Shown one piece after another: positions 12,028 through 23,911 of a stretch of DNA of 64,000 bases; position 1 is the stretch's first letter; every line of letters starts with the position of its first letter. The position numbers and the translations under genes were made by a program. This stretch comes from Selaginella moellendorffii (Eukaryota > Plantae > Lycopodiophyta): contig NW_003314286.1 of the NCBI RefSeq assembly GCF_000143415.4, positions 803,460 through 867,459 of the forward strand, given 5' to 3'. Under the pieces are notes generated by a model. That model did not search any database, was not told the DNA's origin, and worked only from the letters and a program-made list of their open reading frames with translations.

Positions 12028-13794
12028 TGTAAACCATAAATTTTTCTTTTTCAATTTGCTAGTTTACCATATTTATCCAATCACCACTACCTTAGCCTTA
12101 GTTAAATTCCCCTGCCAAAATTCCCACTTATTGTACTAATTTCTACTTGGTCCTACTTGGTTTTAACTACTCATTACAAGAGCAATAAAGTGTTAACCAT
12201 CCATTCACAAATTCCCAAATTCTTTTTTAATCCCCCTCCCCTAATTAGACTGGATTTAAAATTCAGCTACACTCCCCATAAGCATAAGTAGCCAAGCACA
12301 CCAAACTTTTAAGTTTCTAACATCATGTGATATAGCAAGACTTGATCATGGGACACTCTAATTTGGGTGCATCACTTGTTTTGGGACTCTAAGGGGAAAC
12401 ATTTAGCGTAACAGCTAGTATGGGTACCCCTACTCCCCCACTTCCATCCCAAAAGGAAGGCCCAAGCCTCTAGGAAGGAGCGAGGACCATTGAGTTGTAT
12501 AATATTTATATGGGGCACAACTTCACATGAGCCGGGAGCAATGCTACTGATTTCCCTTCCAAGTGTAAGAGTTTCTCTTAAGCATTTCCTTGGGTGGCCT
12601 CTTTGGCACCACTGTAGCATATGTGATCATGGGATGAGATTTGGATATACTGTCACCGTGGATCCTTGGAACCTTGGGGGATAAATGGGGATAAAATAGC
12701 CACTAAGGGCTCTCTCATCAAGCAATTGCCCCTTTTCCAGTTGGCTTAAGGGGAGAGAGATAAGGTGCGCTACAGTTGGTATCAGAGCAAATGGCACGGG
12801 TTCGATTCCCATTGATTAGTGGCTACTTAATAGTATAATATACCCTTGAGCAAGATATATTCCTACCCCTAAATTTGAAATCGTACGTATTGGGTATCCA
12901 TGCGTACGTCCTTCCTCTTGTGTGGTGTATCCACGGACGAAGGTATCCACCGTGGGACTGCGGTACGAGTGGATAACTAGTTGCCTCACATGGAATAGCT
13001 GGTCTACACAATGGAAGGATTGGTAGATTGAGTGCGGAAATGGAGGTGCTGGTTCCTTTGGCTTAGTAGGGGTTGCTAGTCAATAGTCAATGAGGACATT
13101 GACATCTTTGAAGGGGGGGTGAGTTTAGCGTATGTGATCATGGGATGAGATTTGGATATACTGTCACCGTGGATCCTTGGAACTTTGGAGGATAAATGGG
13201 GATAAAATAGCCACTAAGGGCTCTTTCATCAAGCAATTACCCCTTTTCCAATTGGCTTAAGGGGAGAGAGATAAAGTGCGCTACAACCACAAAGTATATG
13301 TTCACTCCCACCCAAGGCCCCTAACCCCCAATCCCAACTTTAAGTGGGTTTGGAAGTACCACTAAAGAGTTCCTTCAAAATTGGTTTATAGACATCACTG
13401 TCCCTACTATACTTGTGGAACCCCCTACAGCAGCGCCCCCCCCTTTTGGGAGACAATCACTTTGAGCTTTCACCCCATGACTTGTATTAATATTGGTTTT
13501 AAACTTGGTTTCGAACTTGGTCTTGGACTCAACCTTGGACTCAGACTCGATCTCAGACTCAATCTCAAACTTGATCTCAAACCCAATCTTGGATCTCGGA
13601 CTTGGTCTCGAACTCGGTCTCGGACTCAGTCTCAGACTTGGTCTCAAAGTCAACCTTGGAGTTGGTCTTGGAGCTAATCTCAAACTTGGTTTCACAATCA
13701 GTCTTGAACTCAATCTTGGACTTGGTCTCATTTGATAAACTCTTTATCATTCCAGTTGTGGTTTCAGGGATCCTTTAGCTTACAACACCTTACA
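12028..13794. mobile_element. Solo LTR (family B, related to A) nested in the family-A LTR
   Basis: TG...CA termini and a perfect 5-bp TSD AAGTT (12023-12027, 13795-13799). Shares the ccctactatact...gctttcacccc core and the GGACTC-type repeat tract with family A (13400-13730). Confidence 0.8.
12613..13285 (+). mobile_element. TRIM (terminal-repeat retrotransposon in miniature), 673 bp, non-coding
   Basis: 162-bp LTRs at 12613-12774 and 13124-13285 (8 mismatches by eye); PBS TGGTATCAGAGC 12777-12788; PPT AAGGGGGGGTGAG 13111-13123; perfect TSD ACCAC (12608-12612, 13286-13290). Confidence 0.95.
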
Positions 13795-15645
13795 AAGTTG
13801 TGGGGTGAAAGCTCAAAGCAATCATCCCCTAGGTACTAGGGGGGGGGGGGGGGGGGGGCGCTACAAAAGGTCCAAAAATATAGTAGAGAGAGAGTGTGGG
13901 GGTTGGATTCCAATGGAACTAATTTAGCCAAGTGTAACCTAAGAAGGCTACACCCATGTGGTGGGTGATGATATAACTATTGAGGAGTTTAAAGTTAGAA
14001 TGAATATGGATGGATAAGTAGGGTAGTTTGGTGAAAGCCAACTCTAACTCTTTTGGGAGATCGAATGCTTAATGCTCCCAATCTAAGTATGGGTGGCACT
14101 ACCTATTTGGATACCTAGTATAGCTCAATAGAACCTCACTTTAACCACATAGCTGGGGCATATAAGGGAGGAAGGTGGAGAGAGTACCTATGAGGCTTAT
14201 ATAAAGTTGCAGTGTTTTGAATGTCATCCCAAAATCCTAGATTGTAGAAAGGAAAAGGAATAGTCCTCTTGTGCAGTAACTAAAGATACTATCACATGGT
14301 GAGGAAATCCTAGAGGTCAATAGGACTTAGTGGTTGGACCTTCAAGTCTTGACTCAATAACAATGTTAGCAAGCACGGTCATGGATGGAGAGGGACTTAG
14401 TGGGGACTAAAAAGAGATATTAGGGATGGGTGTTCCCCATATCTCCAAGCATCCTGAGGATATTAAAGTGTAATCCAAGGATGTCTACTCATGAATAGAT
14501 GGCCCATTCTTTAAGAGATGGGACTATGGCACAGGTGGTTTTGGACTACCAATGAAACAAGGGTAGATGGAGATAGCCTTACCATAACAAGCTGATATGT
14601 CAGTAGTACCTTTGGGGTGTCTATTATGGGATTGAACATATGGAGCATTTAGACCAAGTGCAAAAGTTAAGTGGTATAGATGCCATTCACAGGGTTAATA
14701 TATCCCCAAGTCAAGAATAGGATTTATAGAGGTTGTGAGTGAGATTTTTTCAAATGGTAAAAAATGTGGTTAAGTGACTAAAATAGAATGGAAAATTTAG
14801 TCGCTTACACTATTGTGACTTTACATAATATCAATTTGATTGAACTTAATGTCAATACAATCTCTATTATGACTTTACTAAATATCAGATTGAGTAAACA
14901 TAATATCTCTTCAGACTTATCTACCATTATGATTTTGATAGTAATAATCTACAAGTGATGCAACCAAGGATTCCACACCACACTTTTTGCACTTGAAATT
15001 AAGTGGATCTTTGAGTGCATGAAATGCTTTTCATTGCTTCTACCTCCTTGTTATTGTTGTCTGTACCTATTTGTCTTCACTTCTAGAAGACACCTAGGTT
15101 GGCAATTTAATGCATAATTGATATCATCAACATCTATCTTAGGACAATAATTTTGTCTTATAGTTCATATGTGTCAAACTGTTTGTTTCACCCCTCTAAT
15201 GACTTCAGCATCAGTAATCTTTGCCATCAACTTTCTTTTCTTCTCCATCCAAGCTAGTAAATCACATTTTAAATTACTTATTTTCATATTTTTTCTTTTG
15301 CATCTTCAAATGTAGCTTCATTAATATTTTATTTCACATTTGTTTCCGACATGATACAATTATAAACATTGGTATACAAAGATCAATGATGGCAAGAAAT
15401 AATTTCTTTGTGATATCATGAAAAGCATAGATATGCATACATACTGAAACTTGAATATCTTTATAATTGCAACTCCATATCAACTAAATACTAATCATTG
15501 TTGGTTGTTAATTTTATTTTGAATGTCATATAAAAGGGATTTGTAAGTTGAATTGTTGTTAAGTCTTCATGCCACTATATTACTATTGCCTCTATAGCTT
15601 GCATTTTCATTATTTGTATCAGCGCACTCTATTAATGATATTTTC

Positions 15646-15879
15646 AAAAATATCATATAATATTCACTTTTTATAATGCTCATAAAGTGTTTCCCCTAAG
15701 TGGGATAGCATATAAAGACTTTTAACTAAAAGTTGAACAAGCTTTACAATTTTTATATTTCTAAAAATATCATATAATACTCACTTTTGGTAATGCTCAT
15801 AAAGTGTTTCCCTTAAGTGGAATGGCATAGAAGGACTTTCAACTAGAAAATGAACAAGCTCCTCAATTTTTATATTTCC
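15646..15879. repeat. 117-bp tandem duplication inside the MULE remnant
   Basis: aaaaatatcatataata...caatttttatatttc repeated at 15646 and 15763, with mostly transition differences. Confidence 0.85.
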
Positions 15880-16818
15880 ATTTTTTATATGTCCAAAATT
15901 TATACTTTGAGAGGTTCCACATAACTTCAATGTGATTTATAGTGTCAAGCATACAATATAGAAATTGTCAAGCATAAGTAGGCCAAATAAGTCTCTAACC
16001 ACACTCTTCACTAGTCTAATATTCCATAAGATTCTTTTTAAAAATATGCACTTGAAAAAGTTTTACTTCAACACAATATAATGATAATTGTACTTAACTT
16101 CAGTCCAAGTATACATCATCTTATCTAGTAGAGAAAAAAAACAGCAGCTTTGTCATCATTCACAATATGTAGAAGTATGTATATAATCCAAGATCATTTC
16201 ACATGTATCTGTGTAGCACATGCGATTTTCACCCTTTATTCTATGGTGATTTACCATAGAAAAACCACAAAGTGGAACCTAAATCCTTTATATGCCACAT
16301 GTCACATGCCACGTGCAATATATTATGTGTCTAAGGACATCATAGTGGAACTCAAACCACTAAAGTCTTTGGGACTAACTTGAAACTTACTAAATATAGA
16401 ATGGTGCTAAATTGTGAATTTTGGCATGGGACAAACACCATTGCATCCATGACATTCTTTACATTCCATAGATATTCTAATTTAGTAAATGTAAATAATT
16501 TCCATAAATAGCAATTGGGACCAAATAGGACTAACACAAGATGCATGATAGCAAGGGTGTTTGGCAGACATGGTAAGCTATTATTTGGCAAATATTGAGG
16601 GACTAAGATCAATATTGTGGGGGTTTCTGACACTAGTAAGTGCAAGTCAACAAATGAATTTATCTAACTAAGTTAAGTATGATTAACTAATAGCACTTAG
16701 GAATTCCATCTTTATGCTCATCTAGTCAAGCGCACACATGAAGACCAATTTCTCAACTAATTTAGGTGGAGATTGATAAAAAATCCAACAATACTAACCT
16801 TTTACCATCGTAACAGTA

Positions 16819-19800
16819 TGTAAGTGATTAATTTTTCCATTTTACTTTAGTCACTTAACCACACCTCTGACCACTTGGAGGAGTCTCATTCACAACCTCC
16901 ACAAGTCCCAGTTAGGACTTGGGGCTTGCTAGCCCCGAGAATGGCATCCATGCCACTCAACCTTTGCACTTGGTCTAAATGCTCCACGTGTCCGATCCCA
17001 TGATCGACACCCCAAGGTACCACTGAAATATCGACCCGTTACGCTAAGGCCATGCCCCTTTACCTTGGTCACACCGGTGGTCTAACACCACCTGCATCAC
17101 AGCCCCATCTCTCAAGGACTGGGCCATCTGTCCATGAGTGATCATTCCAGATCCACTCCTTAGCATCCTTAGGATGCCCACAGACATGGGGAATAGCCTT
17201 CCCCATTATCCCTTTTCCAGTCTCCACCAAGTCCCTTTCTGTCCGTGGCCGTGTTCGCCAACACTGCCACTGGATCAAGGCCTACAGGCCCGACCACTCA
17301 GTCCAACTGTCCTTTGGGACTTCCTCACTGTGTGACTGTGTCCTTGGTCACCACACCAGAGGGCTACTCCTCTTCCTTTCCACAGTCTGGGACTTTCGGG
17401 CAACATTTCGGAACACCGTGGCCCTACGCGGGCCTCTTGGGTACTCTCCTCGCCTTCTGCCCTTGGGTGCTCTAGCCATGGGCTTAGAGCGAGGTTCCGT
17501 TGAGCCACACCAGGTATCTAAGTAGGTAGTGCCACCCACACTTGGACTGGGAGCATTGGCCAGTCGATCTCCTGGGGGAACTAGAGCTAGCTCTTGAACA
17601 CTTCACCAAGCTACCCCACTTGTCGGTACATGTTCACTCTAGTCTTAGACTTCCCAGTGGGCAGCTCATCACCCAACACTGGGTCCGGCCTTCCTGGGCC
17701 AAACTGGCCTTTCCTGGCCAAACTGGCTTCACTGCAGTCCTCCTCCTACTATACTTTTGGAGCTCACCAAACCCCCCAGGGTCTGGGAGATGAACGCTTT
17801 GGGCTTTCACCCTCTCAGACTCGAACTTGGACTCGGATGTAAGCGACTAATTTTTCCATTTTACTTTAGTCACTTAACTGCACCTCCGACCACTTGGAGG
17901 AGTCTCATTCACAACCTCCATAAGTCCCAGTTAGGACTTGGGGCTTGCCAGCCCTGAGAATGGCATCCATGCCACTCAACCTTTGCACTTGGTCCAAGTG
18001 CTCCACGTGTCCGATCCCATGACCGACACCCCAAGGTACCACCGACATACCAGTTTGTTACGCTAGGCCATGCCCATTCACCTTGGTCACACCGGTGGTC
18101 TAACGCCACCTGTATCATAATCCCGTCTCTCGAAGACTGGGCCATCCGTCCATGAGCGATCATCCCAGATCTACTCCTTAGCATCCTTAGGATGCCCACA
18201 GACATGGGGAATAGCCTTCCCCGACAACTCTTTTCCAGTCCCCACCAAGTTCCTTTTAGTCCATGGCCGTGCTCGCCAACACTGCCACTGGATCAAGGCC
18301 CGCAAGCCTAACCGCTAAGTCCCACTATCCTTTGGGACTTCCTCACCATGTGACCGTATCCTTGGTCACTGCATTAGAGGCCTACTCCTCTTCCCTTTCA
18401 CCGTTTGGGACTTTGGGACAACATTTCGGAACACCGTAGCCTTACGCAAGCCTCATGGGTACTCTCCCCGCCTTTCGCCTTTAGGTGCTCTAGCCATGGG
18501 CTTAGAGCGAGGTTCCATTGAGCCACGACAGGTATCCAAGTAGGTAGTGCCACCCACACTTGGACTGAGAGCATCGGCCAGTCGATCTCCCGGGGGAACT
18601 AGAGCCGGCTCTTGAACACTTCACCAAGCTACCCCGCTTGTCGATCTGTGTTCACTCTAGTCTTGGACTTCCCAGTGGGCAGCTCATCACCCAACACTGG
18701 GTCCGGCCTTCCTGGGCCAAACTAGCCTTTCCTGGCCAAACTGGCTCCACTGCAGTCCTCCCCCTACTATACTTTTGGAGCTCACCAAACCCCCCAGGGT
18801 CTGGGAGACGAACGCTTTGGGCTTTCACCCTCTCAGGCTCCGGACTCGGACTCGGACTCGGACTCGGACTCGGACTCGGATTCGGACTCGGACTCGGATT
18901 CGGACTCGGACTCGGATTCGGACTCGGACTCGGACTCGGCCTCGGCCTCGGTCTCGGTCTCGGTCTCGGTCCTGGTCTCGGTCTTGGTCCCGGTCTCGAC
19001 TTCGGACTCCATCTCGGGTCCATCTCGGACTCCAGCTTGGACTCCATCTCGGGTCCATCTCAGACTCCATCTCGGACTCCACCTCGGACTCCATCTCGGG
19101 TCCTTCTCGGACTCCATCTCGGACTCCATCTCGGGTCCATCTCGGGTCCCATCTCGGGTCCATCTCGGGTCCATCTTGGACTCCACTTCGGACTCCAACT
19201 CAGGTCCATCTCAGACACTTCCATGTGTCATGTGTTGGTCCTTTTGGGTCCCTTTTTGGAGCCTCGCTTATTGCTCTCTTTGTGCTTGTTCCTCGAGCAC
19301 TTCATTGGGAGTTCCACTCCCGCCCTTGACCTTTCAAGGTGGAGCTTTTAGTCCAAACGTGTTACGCTCGTTTGGCTTTCGCTTCGGCCACTACCACGTG
19401 GCGCCCCTCCATTTCCACTTTGGGGCCTAGGGATTTTGTGTCTCACATCGGACTCGGACTCGGACTCGGACTCGGACTCGGACTCGGCCTCGGCCTCGGC
19501 CTTGGTCCCGATCTCGGTCTCGGTCTCGGTCTTGGTCCCGGTCCCGGTCCCGGTCTCGGTCTCGGTCCCGGTCTCGGTCTCGACCTCGGACTCCATCTCG
19601 GACTCCATCTCAGGTCCATCTCGGACTCCATCTCGGACTCCATCTCGGGTCCATCTCAGACTCCATCTTGGACTCCATCTCGGGTCCATCTCGAACTCCA
19701 TCTCGGACTCCACCTTGGGTCCATCTCGTACTCCACCTCGGGTCCATCTCAGACTCCATCTCGGGTCCATCTCGGACTCCATCTCGGGTCCATCTCGGAC

Positions 19801-20242
19801 TCCATCTCGGGTCCATCTCGGACTCCACCTCGGGTCCATCTCGAACTCCACCTCGGGTCCATCTCAAACTCCATCTCGGACTCCATCTCAGACTCCATCT
19901 CGGACTCCACCTCAGATCCATCTCAGACTCCATCTCGGGTCCATCTCGGACTCCACCTCGGACTCCACCTTGGACTCCATCTCGGGGTCCTTCTCGGACT
20001 CCACTTCGGACTCTTCCACGTGTCATGTGTTGGTCCTTTAAGGTCCCTTTTTGGAGCCTCATTTATCTCCTCGCTTCGTGCTCATTCCTCGAGCACTTCG
20101 TTGGGAGTTCCACTCCGCTCTTGACTTTTCAAGTCGGAGCTTTTGGTCCAAACGTGTTACGCTTGTTTGGCTCTCGCTTCGGCCACTACCACATGGCGCC
20201 CTTCCGGCTCCACTTTGGGGCCTAGGGATTTTGTGTCTCACA
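16819..20242 (-). mobile_element. Solo LTR of family A (about 1.8 kb; 16819-17837 + 19453-20242) hosting a nested copy
   Basis: TG at 16819, ...gtgtctcaCA at 20242; flanks CAGTA/CAATA (5-bp TSD, one transition); contains (GGACTC)n and GGACTCCATCTC/GGGTCCATCTC arrays. Confidence 0.88.
17838..19447 (-). mobile_element. Solo LTR of family A (1610 bp) nested in a same-family LTR
   Basis: TGTAAGCGAC...GTCTCACA with perfect TSD TCGGA (17833-17837, 19448-19452), inserted in the host's GGACTC microsatellite. Confidence 0.93.
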
Positions 20243-20555
20243 CAATAAAGAAAGAATATCCAAAAGGACTAGCCAATAAATAATTTTCAATACCCACAAT
20301 CATATTTATGACAATCTGGCAAAGAAGAATATGACCAACTACTTGCCTTCCTCTAATGTTAAAGCAAGTTATATCATTTGCAATGACATCTTTGATTAAA
20401 TTATACTCCTATTGAGCTTTATCAATAATTATTGTACCAAGATGCACTATTCCCATCTCTTTGAAACAACTTCAAATGTTTTTTTAATTACAATTGATTT
20501 CTAGCTTGGATCTCTAGAGTCTTCTTTTTTGCTAGAACAAAGCATGAATAAAATA

Positions 20556-23500
20556 GGTGCTGTTGCTACTCGTGTCCAAGGACAAGGGCGAGGACGTGGT
20601 CGTGGCCGTGATGTTCGTTGCTGGGCGTGTGATGAAGTTGGTCATATTTATCGGCGTTGTCGGTGCTTTCCGGATTGGCAACCTCCATTTCCTGGGTGGA
20701 GACTTTGGCGTCAGCAAAGTCCTATTGGTGCTGCTACGGTAGAAGGTTTGGACACTGAGGTGCATTCGGGAAACAAGGAGTCGCGCGAGTAACGAAGGGA
20801 CCTTGCGCGAATAAGTTAGTGACCCCTCCATCTTTCTTTCGGGAGTATCATCAAGGGGTTCACTCGGCACCGGTTCATCCAATGTTTACTTTCCAAGCTC
20901 GTTTTTATAACAAGAGGTCTCCTATTATTCTCTCCGTGTTGGTTGATACAGGTTCGAGTTTATCTTCTATTGCTCGACTTGTTGCCACATGTTTTCATCT
21001 ACATTTGCATCATACGGTGGATTCAGTTTCATTCTTTATGGCAACAACCGTACACATGCACGTGCACGAAATGAGGTGGACCTAGTTGTGCATGTGGGCG
21101 ATCTCGAGCTTGAGTTGCAGTCATTACGAGTGGTGCCGAGTTAAGCTTTTGACCTCATTCTTGGTATGGATTGGTTGCAGCATAATCATGCCAAGTGTGA
21201 CTTTGAGGCTTCTCTCCTTTGTCTCATACTTCCTTATGTTTTATCCATTCCTCTCACTTCCGTACCTCTTCGTCCCTCTACCTCTACCTTTGCTTCCATT
21301 ACTTTTGTTCCCCCATTATTTCCTCCTATGTTTCCATTTTGTTCTACTCTTCCCTTTTCCGATCCCTCTGATAATCTTTGTGTTGCAGCTGTTGACCGGC
21401 TCATGAAGGAATATTCTGATCTCTTTGAATTTGACCTATCGTCTGGGCCAAGATTGCCACACGTCATCTGATTCCAACCAGGGATGCTCATCCAATCAAG
21501 GTGCCTATTCGTCATCGGTCACCCAAGGAGATTAAGATTTTACGTGTAAACGTCAAGGAGATGTTGGAGAAGGGGTGTTATTCAGAAGTCACGGAGTCCT
21601 TGGGCATGTGAACCTCATCTTGTGATGAAGCCTGATGGAAGTATTCATTTCTGCATTGACTATCGTCCATTAAATGAAGTGACAATCCCGGATGTGTACC
21701 CTCTTCCTCACACTGCTGATCTCTTGGATCGTCTGGGGCGAAGTCATTGGTTCACCAAGCTAGATCTTGCTTCTGGGTATTGGCAAGTACCGATGGCTGA
21801 AGAAGATATTCCTAAAACTGTTTTTTGTACACCGTTTGATTTGTATGAGTTCTTGGTGATGCCGTTTGGTTTGAACAATGCTCCAGCAACTTTTCAGCGG
21901 ATGATGGACAAGGTTCTTTGTGATATGCCAGAGGTCACTGCTAACTTCATTGATGATGTCTTGATTCACTCGGAGGGGACGTGGGAGGAGCATATTCGTG
22001 ATGTGTGTAAAGTGTTGGATCAGCTACGGGATGTTGGTTTAAAGCTGAAGCGGTCGAAGTGCGTGTTTGGGTCCAAGGACATAACTTATCTTGGGTACCG
22101 TATTTCTCGTAAGGGTTTGCAAGTTGATCCTGACAAACTTCTAGCCGTTCTAAAGTTCCCTACTCCGAAGTGTGTGAATGATGTGCAGCACTTCCTGGGC
22201 AAGGTGCAGTATCTCGATTGTTTTGTGGATCATCTTTCTGATCGCACTGCACCGTTGCGAGCATTGCTGAAGTCATCAACGTCATCTTTCATCTGGTCTT
22301 TAAATTGTGAGCGGGCGTTTGTGAATCTCAAAGAGCTATTGACGACTCCTCCGGTTTTGGTATATCCTGACTACACTCGACTTTTTATTTTGCGCGTAGA
22401 TGCTTCTGATATTGGTCTTGGAGGTGTATTAATGCAAGAAAGCCCAAGTGTGCCTAGTCAACGCTATCCCATTGCATATATAAGTCATACGTTACAACTA
22501 GCAGAGGTGAACTACTCCACGACAGAGAAGGAGTGTTTAGCGGCAGTTTGGGGTTTCAAGAAACTTCATCTATACCTACCATGATTCTCCTATTCTAGGT
22601 GGGCATATAGGACATCGTCGTGTGACCGAGAAGCTGCGCAGGTCTTTCTATTGGCCGGAGATGTGACGTGATGTTATCCGGTATGTGCGTAGCTACGTTT
22701 GGTGCCAAGCTCGTAATACTCCCCCTTGTGCTGCGGAAGGACGGTTGAAATCAATTGCAGTTTCCCGTCCGTTTGAGTTGGTGGCGTTTGATCTTATTGG
22801 ACCTTTTCCACGGTCGACTGCTAGCAATAAGTATGTTATTATTGTTTTTGACTACTTGACTCATTGGGTGGAAGTTAGTGCTCTTGCTAGTGCCTCTGCA
22901 ACTGCTGTTGGATACTTCCTCCTCAATCGAGTAGTGTTCCAGCATTCTTGTCCAGAACGGATTCTTTCGGATAATGGTCCTGCATTTATGGCTGAGGCAT
23001 TTCATGTTTTGACGTCTTGGTTGGGGATACGCCACACTTTCACAAGTGCTTATCATCCACAATTAGATGGTCAGGTGGAACGGCTCGTTTGGACATTCAA
23101 AGGGATGATTACAAAGTATGTGAACTTTCAGCATTCGGATTGGGATGGTTATTTGCTGTCTCTTCGGTATGCCTATGTCACAAGGGTGTAGAGTTCTGTT
23201 GATGCTTCACCATATAAACTTCTATATGGTCATGATCCAATATTACCAACAGAGCTGGGTTTACCTTCGCGATTGCCACGAGCTGCGGATGCTAGGTCAT
23301 GGGATCAATATTTGATGAGCATTCTTCCACTTATTCGAGCAGTGTCTGATGAACACTTAGGCCGCATACAAGTGGGACAACAACGGCGCTACAACTCCCA
23401 TCATCGTTCACCTGCAAAGTGCAAAGTGGATGATTTGGTGTTAGTCCGTTTTCCCCATCTTACGGTATGTGGTTTATCTAAGGGGCTCCTTGTGCAGTGG

Positions 23501-23911
23501 AAAGGACCGTATCGGGTGTTGCGGCAAGTTAGACCGCAAGTTTATGAGGTTTGGCATGACGTCCAACAGGCCGATCCTCCAGAGATTGTGCATGTGCAGC
23601 GATTGAAATGCTTCATACAAAAGGATCAGGAGCAGTTAATACCATCTACAGATCTGCTGATGCCTCCTCCTGACGTTCCTCCAGATCCCGGCCCGTCTAC
23701 AAGAGAAACCTGACGGCCTTCCATTATTCCGAGAGGAGGGGATGATGTGAGGGCCAAGTGTACGGCTACGATGCTGTATACTAATATTAGCGTAGTGGGA
23801 TTTTAGTAGCCGTCGGATTGGTTTCAATCCGGACCACTCGCTTCTGTATATAAGCTAGGGTTTTTGGGCTAATTGATATACACATTTCTGTATTCCCTTT
23901 CCATATTCACA
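20556..23911 (+). mobile_element. Ty3/gypsy LTR retrotransposon family G, copy I (5'-truncated, least decayed)
   Basis: Gag zinc knuckle CWACDEVGHIYRRC; protease VLVDTGSS; RT ([30 protein letters not shown]); RNase H (VDASDIGLGGVL, YSTTEKECLA); integrase (DLIGPF, ILSDNGPAF, GQVER) and GPY motif, in gypsy order. PPT 23731-23745; 3' LTR 23746-23911. Several stops/frameshifts and an internal deletion near 22575. Confidence 0.95.
20768..20829 (+). promoter_or_regulatory. Predicted -1 ribosomal frameshift signal at the gag/pol junction
   Basis: G GGA AAC in gag phase (20768-20774), 6-nt spacer, 9-bp stem 20781-20789/20802-20810, loop gaaggg pairing with ccctcc at 20824-20829. The -1 frame is open into the protease. 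Confidence 0.8.

Larger units (their letters stand above)
11687..14809 (+). mobile_element. Solo LTR of family A in opposite orientation, interrupted by an insertion at 12028-13794
   Basis: Starts with the reverse complement of the family end (agacacaaatccctaagcccc) and ends ...atttagtcgcttaca at 14809. The host reads continuously across the insert (aaatactaatac-AAGTT-gtggggtgaaagc). Flanks ttatc/ctatt may be a decayed TSD. Confidence 0.8.

Noticed and set aside
12613-13285. Cassandra (5S-carrying) TRIM
   Set aside because: No recognisable 5S rRNA segment in the LTRs.
18840-20000. CRISPR-like array
   Set aside because: The units are contiguous micro/minisatellites with no unique spacers, in a eukaryotic LTR.
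7960-20247. A single 12.3-kb element bounded by CAATA...CAATA
   Set aside because: The LTR at 16819 has no adjacent PBS and has its own near-perfect TSD (CAGTA/CAATA); the interior is unrelated nested material.
18638-20248. Many long ORFs (GLGLGL, SDSISG, RTRTRT, ESESES), also at 10699-11235, 13375-13735 and 53806-54289
   Set aside because: They are by-products of stop-free GGACTC and GGACTCCATCTC repeats in non-coding LTRs and are open in several frames at once.
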